Part shown: positions 15,620 to 23,121 of the stretch, one piece after another | How positions within the stretch are numbered: the first letter of the stretch is position 1 | Layout: every line of letters begins with the position of its first letter | DNA from: Patescibacteria group bacterium | Lineage (GTDB): Bacteria > Patescibacteriota > Minisyncoccia > HO2-45-28 | NCBI GenBank assembly: GCA_022563755.1 | Contig: JADFMT010000003.1 | Location: forward strand, 1-40,654 | Direction of reading: 5' to 3' | DNA: 40,654 nucleotides | The notes under the pieces: generated by a model | What the model was told of the DNA's origin: nothing | The model's input: only the letters and a program-made list of their open reading frames with translations | The model's database searches: none | Translations under genes and position numbers: made by a program

Positions 15620-16597
15620 TTGAAAAAGTATACTTTAAAAAGAGAAATACAAATCCAGAGATTTAAGAATAATCCTTTATTGGAGCCAGATCAATCTCAT
15701 GCCTGGATGAGTAAGAATGTATTTAACTGCGGGGTTATTATTGACGATGACGGCTTCTATAAAATGCTCTTTCGTGGTTCTTGGACTGAAGATCAGTCAA
15801 TGTCTGATTTGGGACTTGCAATCAGCGTTAACGGAAAAAAATGGTATGTTCTGGATAAACCAGTTCTAAAGTGTGGATTTAATAAGTTTTGCACATATGG
15901 CATTGACGACCCAAGAATTGTGAAATGGATTGACGGTTGGAAATATATTTTTGCAGCAATTCGCCCGTATAAGAAGGAATATAGAACAGTAGGTATTTTT
16001 AGAACAAAAAATTTCTTAGAATATGAGTGGGTTGGAATGCCATTCAACTTCGAAGATGTAGATGCTTCTATTTTCCCTGAACCAATTAACGGTTGGGCAT
16101 ATTTACTTCATAGAAAAGCTCCGCATATATGGATTTCTCGAACGAAAGATATGAGTTTAGAAAGTGGCTGGCAGGATATCCAAATTTTGATCAATAAAGA
16201 CCAATTTTATCGGCATCCTGAACATGGTGTTCTGCCTGACAAAATAGGTATTGCCGGACCACCAATAAGAACTCCCAAAGGTTGGCTGTTAATTACACAC
16301 GCGGTTCATCGATGGGACAAGAAGATAACAAGGTACTCTTTTCTTCTCAACCGGTCATACTCACTTAGCTTTGTAGTACTTGATTTAGAGAATCCTACAA
16401 AGGTTCTCTACGTCCACCCAAAACCCATATTATGGCCGGAGGAAAGACATGAAATTGTGGGCCTTATTCCAAATGTGGTCTTTAGCTGCGCCACTGTTGA
16501 TACCGGAGGCGATTCACTCTATATCTACTGGGGTGGAGCCGACACGGTAATTTGTGGTGGTAAACTTATGAAAAAAGATCTACCAATGTGCTATTAA
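15620..16597 (+). CDS. Predicted glycosidase/phosphorylase, GH130 (DUF377)-like beta-propeller
   Basis: NPLLEP..VFNCG, GIDDPRI, FPEPING, LHR, PPIRTPKGWLLITH, LDLENP, PNVVFSC, YIYWGGADT; TTG start; AT-rich. Confidence 0.88.
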   Translation: MKKYTLKREIQIQRFKNNPLLEPDQSHAWMSKNVFNCGVIIDDDGFYKMLFRGSWTEDQSMSDLGLAISVNGKKWYVLDKPVLKCGFNKFCTYGIDDPRIVKWIDGWKYIFAAIRPYKKEYRTVGIFRTKNFLEYEWVGMPFNFEDVDASIFPEPINGWAYLLHRKAPHIWISRTKDMSLESGWQDIQILINKDQFYRHPEHGVLPDKIGIAGPPIRTPKGWLLITHAVHRWDKKITRYSFLLNRSYSLSFVVLDLENPTKVLYVHPKPILWPEERHEIVGLIPNVVFSCATVDTGGDSLYIYWGGADTVICGGKLMKKDLPMCY

Positions 16598-16606
16598 ACC
16601 CTCTCT

Positions 16607-16638
16607 GCCTACTTCTAAATTTAGAAGTAGGCTCTTTT
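16607..16638 (+). terminator. Intrinsic terminator (perfect 26-bp palindrome)
   Basis: GCCTACTTCTAAATTTAGAAGTAGGC followed by TCTTTT. Confidence 0.7.
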
Positions 16639-16639
16639 A

Positions 16640-16670
16640 GTACACTTTAGGGGAACAGGTTAAAACCTCT
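16640..16670. repeat. Gly-array junction J2
   Basis: GTACACTTTAGGGGAACAGGTTAAAACCTCT. Confidence 0.85.
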
Positions 16671-16744
16671 TTTAGAAGCAGAGTTTAAGCCCCCCCCGTT
16701 TTTTCATACTGCTTATAGTACATCCGTAAAAAATTGGCGTGTTT

Positions 16745-18142
16745 TTATGGTGCGTACACATAATACACCCTCCCCTTATAGTCGTCTGTGAAGAAAAACG
16801 AATTTACATCATTTTGTAAAATATCGACTGGCCGCCCGAAGCGCTCTATGTCTCCGGTTGGCTGATCGGAATGTGCGTAAGCGGTGCTAATAAGCCACCC
16901 AGTTTGCGGTCTCTTTTCGGTTAAAAAACCATCCATGAATACCTCTTGTTCTCCATCCTTTGATACCCTAACTATGTGATACCCTGCACCGATCTTCGGC
17001 TCAAAAGAACCATGTAGAGCAACAAGAAATGTATTTTTTAGAACTGAATGTGCATCCTTAGAAAAATATTCAATACCAAGTGGTGCCGCATGTGGCTCAA
17101 ACGCGGAAAATGAACGCGGCACTTGTGCACATGAAAATGATTGTGTCCATTTTCGGGAAGTATCGGGATAAATTTTTCCATTTAATTCGTAACAGAATGG
17201 CCATCCATAATACTCACCTTCGATGAGCTTATACATACCATCGTCCGGCGCTTGAGGTCCAAGATGATCAGCTCCGTTCGCTGTCGCGTATAATTCTCTG
17301 CCTGCCCATGTAAAACCGACTGTATTCCGCAGCCCATCTGCATAGATCCGCTTATTGCCACCATCGGGATTTATGCTATATATCATAGCGCGCATTTCGT
17401 CCTCAGGTTGCTCACACGCATTACAACCACTGCCAACAGAAACATACAACCGATTATCGTAAAATTTGATCGTACGAGTGATATGCCACACAACACTTGA
17501 TTCTCCAGGCACCTGCTTATTGGGAAATGTCGTTATTATCTCCGGATCACCTGATGGCTCTGTGTCTCCTGCGCTATATGGATACCGAACGATATGCGCG
17601 GTAAGCGCAATATATATCCACTCTTGGCCATTTTTATCAGTATAAAATGCGACGCTATTAGGTCCCCGCAATCCAGAAAGATAGGTGCTTTTTGTTTGGA
17701 ATCGCTTATTTATTTCGTCAAAATTTTCTAAAACATAGATTTTTCCCTCGTGGGAAAGATTCATACTAACGAGATCTGGCACAAACATTCTTCCATCTGG
17801 ACTCATAGCCATAAATCGTGCTTTGCCCAAACCTTCTGCCGCAACAGAGATGTTAAAATCCTCAGCAACCTCGAACATGACTTCAGTTCCGTCTTCAAAT
17901 ATGATGATCCGAGGCACAAGATTGATAGTCGGAAGTACATCACTTTTACCGTCACCGACCTTAATCTGTGTGTTATTGAGAATTGCTTCAAAATCTGCTT
18001 GTTTTTCATCACCAATGTTATCAGAGGTAGAATTATCGGCCTTGTCTGAACGAGTCGTATTGTTAAAAAGAAACACTCCGCCCATAATCAGTACCAAGGC
18101 GATGACGATTCCCATAATCAAATTTTTAACATTCATAGACAC
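16745..18142 (-). CDS. Membrane-anchored glucose/sorbosone dehydrogenase family (PQQ-type propeller) protein
   Basis: N-terminal TM helix; H-TRTI, LYVSVGSGCNAC, GLRNTVG, YGWPFC, PHAAPLG, VALHGS, GRPVD. Confidence 0.88.
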   Translation of the reverse strand: MSMNVKNLIMGIVIALVLIMGGVFLFNNTTRSDKADNSTSDNIGDEKQADFEAILNNTQIKVGDGKSDVLPTINLVPRIIIFEDGTEVMFEVAEDFNISVAAEGLGKARFMAMSPDGRMFVPDLVSMNLSHEGKIYVLENFDEINKRFQTKSTYLSGLRGPNSVAFYTDKNGQEWIYIALTAHIVRYPYSAGDTEPSGDPEIITTFPNKQVPGESSVVWHITRTIKFYDNRLYVSVGSGCNACEQPEDEMRAMIYSINPDGGNKRIYADGLRNTVGFTWAGRELYATANGADHLGPQAPDDGMYKLIEGEYYGWPFCYELNGKIYPDTSRKWTQSFSCAQVPRSFSAFEPHAAPLGIEYFSKDAHSVLKNTFLVALHGSFEPKIGAGYHIVRVSKDGEQEVFMDGFLTEKRPQTGWLISTAYAHSDQPTGDIERFGRPVDILQNDVNSFFFTDDYKGRVYYVYAP

Positions 18143-18178
18143 TTATTTTTACTATACATTAACAGAACATAATAAAAG

Positions 18179-18203
18179 GTGTACTCACAGCCGTGTTAGA
18201 ACC
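18179..18203. repeat. Gly-array junction J1 (degenerate)
   Basis: GTGTAC-N10-GTTAGAACC. Confidence 0.55.
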
Positions 18204-18333
18204 CGCAAAAGTTGTGATTTAAGAACGGTCTAAGCGCTACTCAAGCGCCAAAACTTGTATTCTGTGCGGAGCCCCTCACTTCGTTTCGGGACGCTACATT
18301 TTTCAGCCAATCGCTTCGCTCTTGGGAAAAATG

Positions 18334-18404
18334 TGCGGGTAGGGAGAATCGAACTCCCGTCATCTGATTGGCAACCAGATGTTTTGCCACTAAACTATAC
18401 CCGC
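18334..18404 (-). tRNA. tRNA-Gly(GCC)
   Basis: GCGGGTA/TACCCGC acceptor, TCTGG-TT-GCC-AA-TCAGA, T-arm GGGAG-TTCGATT-CTCCC. Confidence 0.95.
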
Positions 18405-18443
18405 AAATTTTATTGATTTTATAGTTACAAATTAGCAAATTTC

Positions 18444-19169
18444 TTATCTCGCAGCAACCGAGTCACGACGAAGAAATTCAAGGACGCGTTCTAAATCTTC
18501 TGGCGGATCGGCTTCCAGTCCAAGTTTTGCGCCCGAAAGCGTAATAAACTCCAGCTTCCAGGCATGAAGAAATTGCCTGGCAAGTTCTGCAGGACAATCC
18601 GCCGGCTGGCGGAAGCGCTTACCACTATAAATCCGATCACATACGACAGGATGACCAATGGCAGCAAAGTGCGAGCGAATTTGGTGGGTGCGGCCGGTAA
18701 CCGGTACTGCTTCTACTAATGTATAGTCTTTAAAGCGCTCCAGTACGTGATACTCTGTCACTGCCTCTCGTGTTTTACCTCTAAGTCCTTTCCCAGAAAC
18801 GCGCCGCAGAGGGCTTTTCCGGCTGCGGCCAATCGGAAAATCTATCTTTCCCTTGTCATTTTTCACCCTCCCAATCACAAGCACTAAATAGTTTTTCTTA
18901 ATACGCCTTTTTTGAAACACTTCTTTGAAATAACGAAACGAGTTTTGGTTTCTGGTAATCAGTAAAAGGCCTGAGGTGTCTTTATCCAGCCGATGAACGA
19001 TTCCTGGACGAACTGGATCCTCGCCAACATTTTTTAGTTCGGGATATTTTTCAATCAATTCTTGAATCAAGGATCCGGATTTGTGGTGAGCATCCGGGTG
19101 CACCACAACTCCGGGCGGCTTATTTACCACCACGATATCCTCGTCCTCGTAAATAATGCGCAAGATCAC
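18444..19169 (-). CDS. RluA family pseudouridine synthase
   Basis: VNKPPGVVVHP, HRLDKDTSG, TGRTHQIR, D-IY, QFLHA; no S4 domain. Confidence 0.95.
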   Translation of the reverse strand: MILRIIYEDEDIVVVNKPPGVVVHPDAHHKSGSLIQELIEKYPELKNVGEDPVRPGIVHRLDKDTSGLLLITRNQNSFRYFKEVFQKRRIKKNYLVLVIGRVKNDKGKIDFPIGRSRKSPLRRVSGKGLRGKTREAVTEYHVLERFKDYTLVEAVPVTGRTHQIRSHFAAIGHPVVCDRIYSGKRFRQPADCPAELARQFLHAWKLEFITLSGAKLGLEADPPEDLERVLEFLRRDSVAAR

Positions 19170-19170
19170 G

Positions 19171-19830
19171 CTATTTAATATACCTTGATTGATCCTGAGA
19201 TTGAGACGGCATACCCCGAAATCCCGGCAGGGTTGAAGATGGCCCTGATGGTTGTGGTTTTTGAGGCGGAGAGGATGAGAGCGGTTTTGGTTGAGGTGGC
19301 TGTGATGGCTGGGGTGATCGAGGAGGTGGAGTCGGTTGGGATGACTGAGGGCCTTGAGGTAGAGATGGTAAAGACGGCTTTAGTCCGCCAGCTGGCGGAG
19401 TAGGCTGAACCGGCGGGGTAGGTGATTTAGGAGGCTGAAATGGAGATTTCTGAGGTGGAGTCGGTTGTGGAGATGGGGACGGTCGAAACGTTGGTTGGGT
19501 GGATGGAGACGGTCTTGGTTCTGCCGGTTTAGATGGATAGACGGGTCCGATTGTGGGTGCTCGCTCATTAAACTTAACGGTTGGCTCTTTTTCTGTAACT
19601 ATTACCACCTTCTGCTTCTTTCGTTCTTGCAAAAAAACATATACGAAAGTGCCCAATGCCAGTAGTAAAACAACGTATCGCAATATACTAACGAGCGCGC
19701 CAGAGACCACAACCGTGGAATCCTGTGTAACAATCCCGCTATAGACTCCGGTTCCAAAGAAAATCAGAATATTCAACATAATCCATGCCGCCACCCCCAA
19801 AAATAGTGCTTTAATTGTTACTTTGATCAT
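19171..19830 (-). CDS. Hypothetical membrane protein with long Pro/Ser/Gln-rich tail
   Basis: Two N-terminal TM helices followed by about 130 aa of low-complexity P/S/Q sequence. Confidence 0.8.
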   Translation of the reverse strand: MIKVTIKALFLGVAAWIMLNILIFFGTGVYSGIVTQDSTVVVSGALVSILRYVVLLLALGTFVYVFLQERKKQKVVIVTEKEPTVKFNERAPTIGPVYPSKPAEPRPSPSTQPTFRPSPSPQPTPPQKSPFQPPKSPTPPVQPTPPAGGLKPSLPSLPQGPQSSQPTPPPRSPQPSQPPQPKPLSSSPPQKPQPSGPSSTLPGFRGMPSQSQDQSRYIK

Positions 19831-19831
19831 A

Positions 19832-19971
19832 CCCCGTAAAGCAAAATCGAATGTTTCTTGCTAAATTCCAAAATAACCATTCGAATCTGCTGTTATTAAT
19901 ATAAACTTGTAATAATACATAATTATACCTCGCAAGAAACTAAATTTAGCTTTCAATTTTGCCTTACGGGG
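19832..19971. mobile_element. 140-bp MITE-like element with 20-bp imperfect TIRs and CATA target duplication
   Basis: Left end CCCCGTAAAGCAAAATCGAA; right end (reverse complement) CCCCGTAAGGCAAAATTGAA; CATA at 19828-19831 and 19972-19975. Confidence 0.75.
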
Positions 19972-20002
19972 CATATATTATAGTATACCACAATGAATGC
20001 GA

Positions 20003-20053
20003 GTGCGCGCTGCAGGATTTGCCAGCCCAAGGCTGGTCCGCCTCGGGCGGAAC
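20003..20053 (-). pseudogene. 3' fragment of a different tRNA, interrupted in the T-loop
   Basis: Minus strand GTTC[29-nt double hairpin]AAATCCTGCAGCGCGCAC: T-loop, T-stem, acceptor strand and discriminator. Confidence 0.6.
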
Positions 20054-20073
20054 ACCTAATAATCTTTAAATAG

Positions 20074-20352
20074 GTGGGCGTTGGAGGACTCCGTCGCTTC
20101 CTGCCGGCAGGCAGGCGCTTCTAGAACCCGTCGTCCCTCGATTTTACTCGGGACTCCCTAGAAACCCCTCGGTTTCTAGCGCTCGCTTCGCTCGCTGTTT
20201 TCCGCCACGGGGAAAACTACAGTTTTCCCCGAAGACGGGGCTTTTCGCTTTGCGAAAGAGCCTCGCGTCTGGCACCCCCTTTCGTGGGTTCGAGTCCCAA
20301 CAAACACAATACACAAAATAACAAACACCATTAAAAAGATGTTTATTATTTT
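20074..20352 (-). repeat. tRNA-linked structured element, copy 3 (Val-type) with 18-bp tRNA 3' duplication
   Basis: Core shared with copies 1 and 2; GTGGGCGTTGGAGGACTC occurs at 20074-20091 and 20353-20370. Confidence 0.92.
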
Positions 20353-20353
20353 G

Positions 20354-20427
20354 TGGGCGTTGGAGGACTCGAACCTCCGGCCTTCTCGATGTCACCGAGA
20401 CGCTCTAACCGGCTGAGCTAAACGCCC
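20354..20427 (-). tRNA. tRNA-Val(GAC)
   Basis: GGGCGTT/AACGCCC acceptor, TCTCG-GT-GAC-AT-CGAGA, T-arm GGAGG-TTCGAGT-CCTCC. Confidence 0.95.
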
Positions 20428-20445
20428 ATTTTTATTTTGTTTTTG

Positions 20446-20517
20446 TCTCCCCGGGAGGAATCGAACCCCCATCTAGGGCTTAGAAGGCCCCCATTCTGTC
20501 CGTTGAACTACGGGGAG
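20446..20517 (-). tRNA. tRNA-Arg(TCT)
   Basis: CTCCCCG/CGGGGAG acceptor, GGGGC-CT-TCT-AA-GCCCT. Confidence 0.93.
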
Positions 20518-20552
20518 AAAACAATCTCTATAGTACTAAGAAAAATAATGAC

Positions 20553-20882
20553 TTACAACGCTGGATCGAGAGGTACAGTAGAGCGAAGGACTCTATCAAA
20601 TTCTAAGGCGCGTTTATCAATGACATCGATTACCTCGCCTAAAGCCGATTTATTAATAGAGATGCCTTCAGCCCCTAAATCCCCCGGCAAGGCTGGAATG
20701 GTTGTAGCATTAAAAATTATAAAAAGGTAGCCATTTAAAACAATCGTCCCCACGATAAAAGCAGAAGCGAGCATCAAAAACCAGCCCCAATACTTTCTTG
20801 GGTGCGCAGCCACAATTTCGATAATCTCTTTTTGAAACTCATGTGCAAGTTCACGTATCGAAAGTTTTTTTAGGTCAACCAT
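20553..20882 (-). CDS. Hypothetical single-TM protein at the end of the pilus operon
   Basis: One TM helix; ends DP; directly follows the pilO-like gene. Confidence 0.7.
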   Translation of the reverse strand: MVDLKKLSIRELAHEFQKEIIEIVAAHPRKYWGWFLMLASAFIVGTIVLNGYLFIIFNATTIPALPGDLGAEGISINKSALGEVIDVIDKRALEFDRVLRSTVPLDPAL

Positions 20883-20895
20883 AGATATAAGATAC

Positions 20896-21411
20896 TTACA
20901 TATTAAACATAAAACTTAAAAGTCGTACGCGAAACGTGCCTGTCCACCGATTCTGGCTTCGCAAAAACCGCGTCTCCTCAAATGCAATCTGATAATTTAT
21001 GTTCTCCAGTAAATGCAGAAAGGTAAATAAAGAACCAAATCTACCGGTCGCGGTAAATCGAAAAATGGGCCCGCCTTCACGGGGTCCAGAAAGAAGAGAA
21101 ACGGATTCAATCGTAAGTCGGGCCCCACTTAAATCCCCCACGCGTTCCACCTCCTTAATAAATTCAACAACCGAGCGCTCATCTACAAAAGCATTCTCAA
21201 TTTTTTTGCGGTCTTGCTCAATGTCCTGCAGGAGCCGGGTGAGTGCTCGGATATTTTTTTGTTTTAATTCTGCAGCAGCGATGTCCGCGGTTAATAAAAA
21301 GAGCGCTCGCCGGGTTTTTTGTATTTGGGAATAAAAAAACCACCATCCGCCGGCAAGTATCAGGTTGAAAATCAGTATCATTAAGATGACCTTTACAATA
21401 TTACGACGCAT
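20896..21411 (-). CDS. PilO-like type IV pilus assembly protein
   Basis: TM helix, coiled coil and ferredoxin-like G-F..L..FL..LEN segment; located after pilM and pilN. Confidence 0.75.
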   Translation of the reverse strand: MRRNIVKVILMILIFNLILAGGWWFFYSQIQKTRRALFLLTADIAAAELKQKNIRALTRLLQDIEQDRKKIENAFVDERSVVEFIKEVERVGDLSGARLTIESVSLLSGPREGGPIFRFTATGRFGSLFTFLHLLENINYQIAFEETRFLRSQNRWTGTFRVRLLSFMFNM

Positions 21412-21961
21412 TGGCTTTTTTATCTAATTCTAAAATGAACGAATACTGGATATCGACTTCTTTGAGTAAATTAGAAATCGGTGACTGGATACGGCTGAAA
21501 AGCGGATTTTTCTCAAGGGTCTCTCTAAAGCGAATCAAGGTGCTTCGGCGCAGAGCATTCCCGGAAATAGAGATACGCGCAGGCCTGGTTTTCTGGGCAC
21601 GCTCGAAAATAAAGCTGTCGATGGTAATGCCCGCGGGTCGGCTATCAATTACGGCTCTAAACTCGGGGGTAATATCAAAACGCTCCTTTTCTTTTGTGCG
21701 AAAAAGGCGAATTTCAGTATTTAACGTTTTAATCGCGGCTTCAATATCTGTAACTTGGGCAAAAATAGAACTTTTACGAATTGAATCCAGCTCACGCGTA
21801 AGTTCGTTCCTTTGAAGAGCGAGTGACAACCAAAGCGGTGCAAGAAGCAAAATATTTGCGAAAATGGTAAATGCAAACAGCGTCCCGAATGTAATGACGA
21901 AACGCTTTATGCGCCCGGCGCGAATGCTTGATTGATGTTCTGGCGGCAGAAGATTGATCAT
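21401..21961 (-). CDS. pilN: PilN domain protein
   Basis: N-terminal INLLP PilM-binding motif, TM helix, coiled coil, ISG-A..L..F...LE...F. Confidence 0.85.
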   Translation of the reverse strand: MINLLPPEHQSSIRAGRIKRFVITFGTLFAFTIFANILLLAPLWLSLALQRNELTRELDSIRKSSIFAQVTDIEAAIKTLNTEIRLFRTKEKERFDITPEFRAVIDSRPAGITIDSFIFERAQKTRPARISISGNALRRSTLIRFRETLEKNPLFSRIQSPISNLLKEVDIQYSFILELDKKANAS

Positions 21962-21963
21962 GA

Positions 21964-23085
21964 TTATTCGCCCTCAAGTGCCCGCAAGCCCAACCCAATG
22001 GCTGTACTAAACTCGAGCGATTCGTTTGAGGTAATTTCCGGAATATAGTCTTCAAATGATGCAACGTTCACCCAAGGATTTCCATGCGTCACAGGCAGCT
22101 TTAGTTGTTGAGATAGATACTCTTTAAACCCGATCAGGTTTGCATCTCCGCCCGAAAGGATGATGCCCGATATCTCGGGCGAAGATTTATGAATATGTTC
22201 GGCATGGGTGTTCCAAAAAAGCCGATGGCGTTCAATTTCACTTGCTACTGCCGAGACGATCGGCAGGATTGCATTAAAGACCGCCTCATCTTCCTTGGTT
22301 TTTATCATTCCTTTTTCCTTTTTAATGCGCTCGGCCTCCTTTGGCGTAACCTTGAGTGTTCCCGCAATGGCTTGATCCAAAGATTCCCCTGCAATAGTTA
22401 CGGTTGAGCTGAACCGAACCACCTCCCCCGAGACAATCACAAAACTGGTTCGCGTCTTTCCAAAATCCACGATCATGACCGGGGTATCGGTGCCGCCGGC
22501 CGGAATCAAGGCGCGATTCAAGGATTGCGTCTCCATCGTAAAGGCAATCGGCACTAACCCCGCATCGGTATAAGCCCCTAGGTAACTTTCGACAAGAACC
22601 TTCGGGAACGCGTACACTAAGATATCTACGTGGTCCGGGTTTTGCTCCGTTATTATGGTTTGCCGAGATCGGATTCCTGCAGCAGGCAACATTTCAAAAT
22701 CAAAAATGACCTCTTCCGCAGGCAACGGAATATATTCTTCGAGCACAAGCTCAATTGCTTCTCGAATATTTTGAGACTCCATTTTTGGAAGCTGAATAGC
22801 GCTTACAAACGCCCGTTCCTCTGGTAATGCCGCAACGATGTTACGAATGCCCAACGGTTTAAAGAAAGAGGCCAGAAAAGTTGCCAATTCATCTTGCTCT
22901 TTAATCTGACCGCTTGTGATCAAACCTGGATCTAATTTTTTTTTTCCAAAACGCTTCAAACGAAACCCTTTGCGAGTATTTTTAAATTCAACAAATTTAA
23001 TGGAGCGATCTGAAATGTCAACGCCGATCACTGGAAAATCAATGTAGCGAGGCGGAGGAAACAAATGATAGAAAAAAGACATCAA
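21964..23085 (-). CDS. pilM: Type IV pilus assembly protein PilM
   Basis: Actin-like fold motifs GVDISDRSIK, IVDFGKTRT, EAERIKK, ILSGGDANL, AIGLGLR. Confidence 0.93.
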   Translation of the reverse strand: MMSFFYHLFPPPRYIDFPVIGVDISDRSIKFVEFKNTRKGFRLKRFGKKKLDPGLITSGQIKEQDELATFLASFFKPLGIRNIVAALPEERAFVSAIQLPKMESQNIREAIELVLEEYIPLPAEEVIFDFEMLPAAGIRSRQTIITEQNPDHVDILVYAFPKVLVESYLGAYTDAGLVPIAFTMETQSLNRALIPAGGTDTPVMIVDFGKTRTSFVIVSGEVVRFSSTVTIAGESLDQAIAGTLKVTPKEAERIKKEKGMIKTKEDEAVFNAILPIVSAVASEIERHRLFWNTHAEHIHKSSPEISGIILSGGDANLIGFKEYLSQQLKLPVTHGNPWVNVASFEDYIPEITSNESLEFSTAIGLGLRALEGE

Positions 23086-23121
23086 TTTTATTATAGCAAA
23101 TACTCAGTTTTAAACTTGTTT

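Noticed and set aside
14646-18203. CRISPR array
   Set aside because: The repeats are separated by 0.3-1.5 kb gene-bearing intervals, not by 30-40 bp spacers, and there are no cas genes.
19861-19920. Mini-ORF in the MITE as a GIY-YIG nuclease remnant
   Set aside because: The resemblance is limited to an MYY start and a Y-x-G; too short to support.
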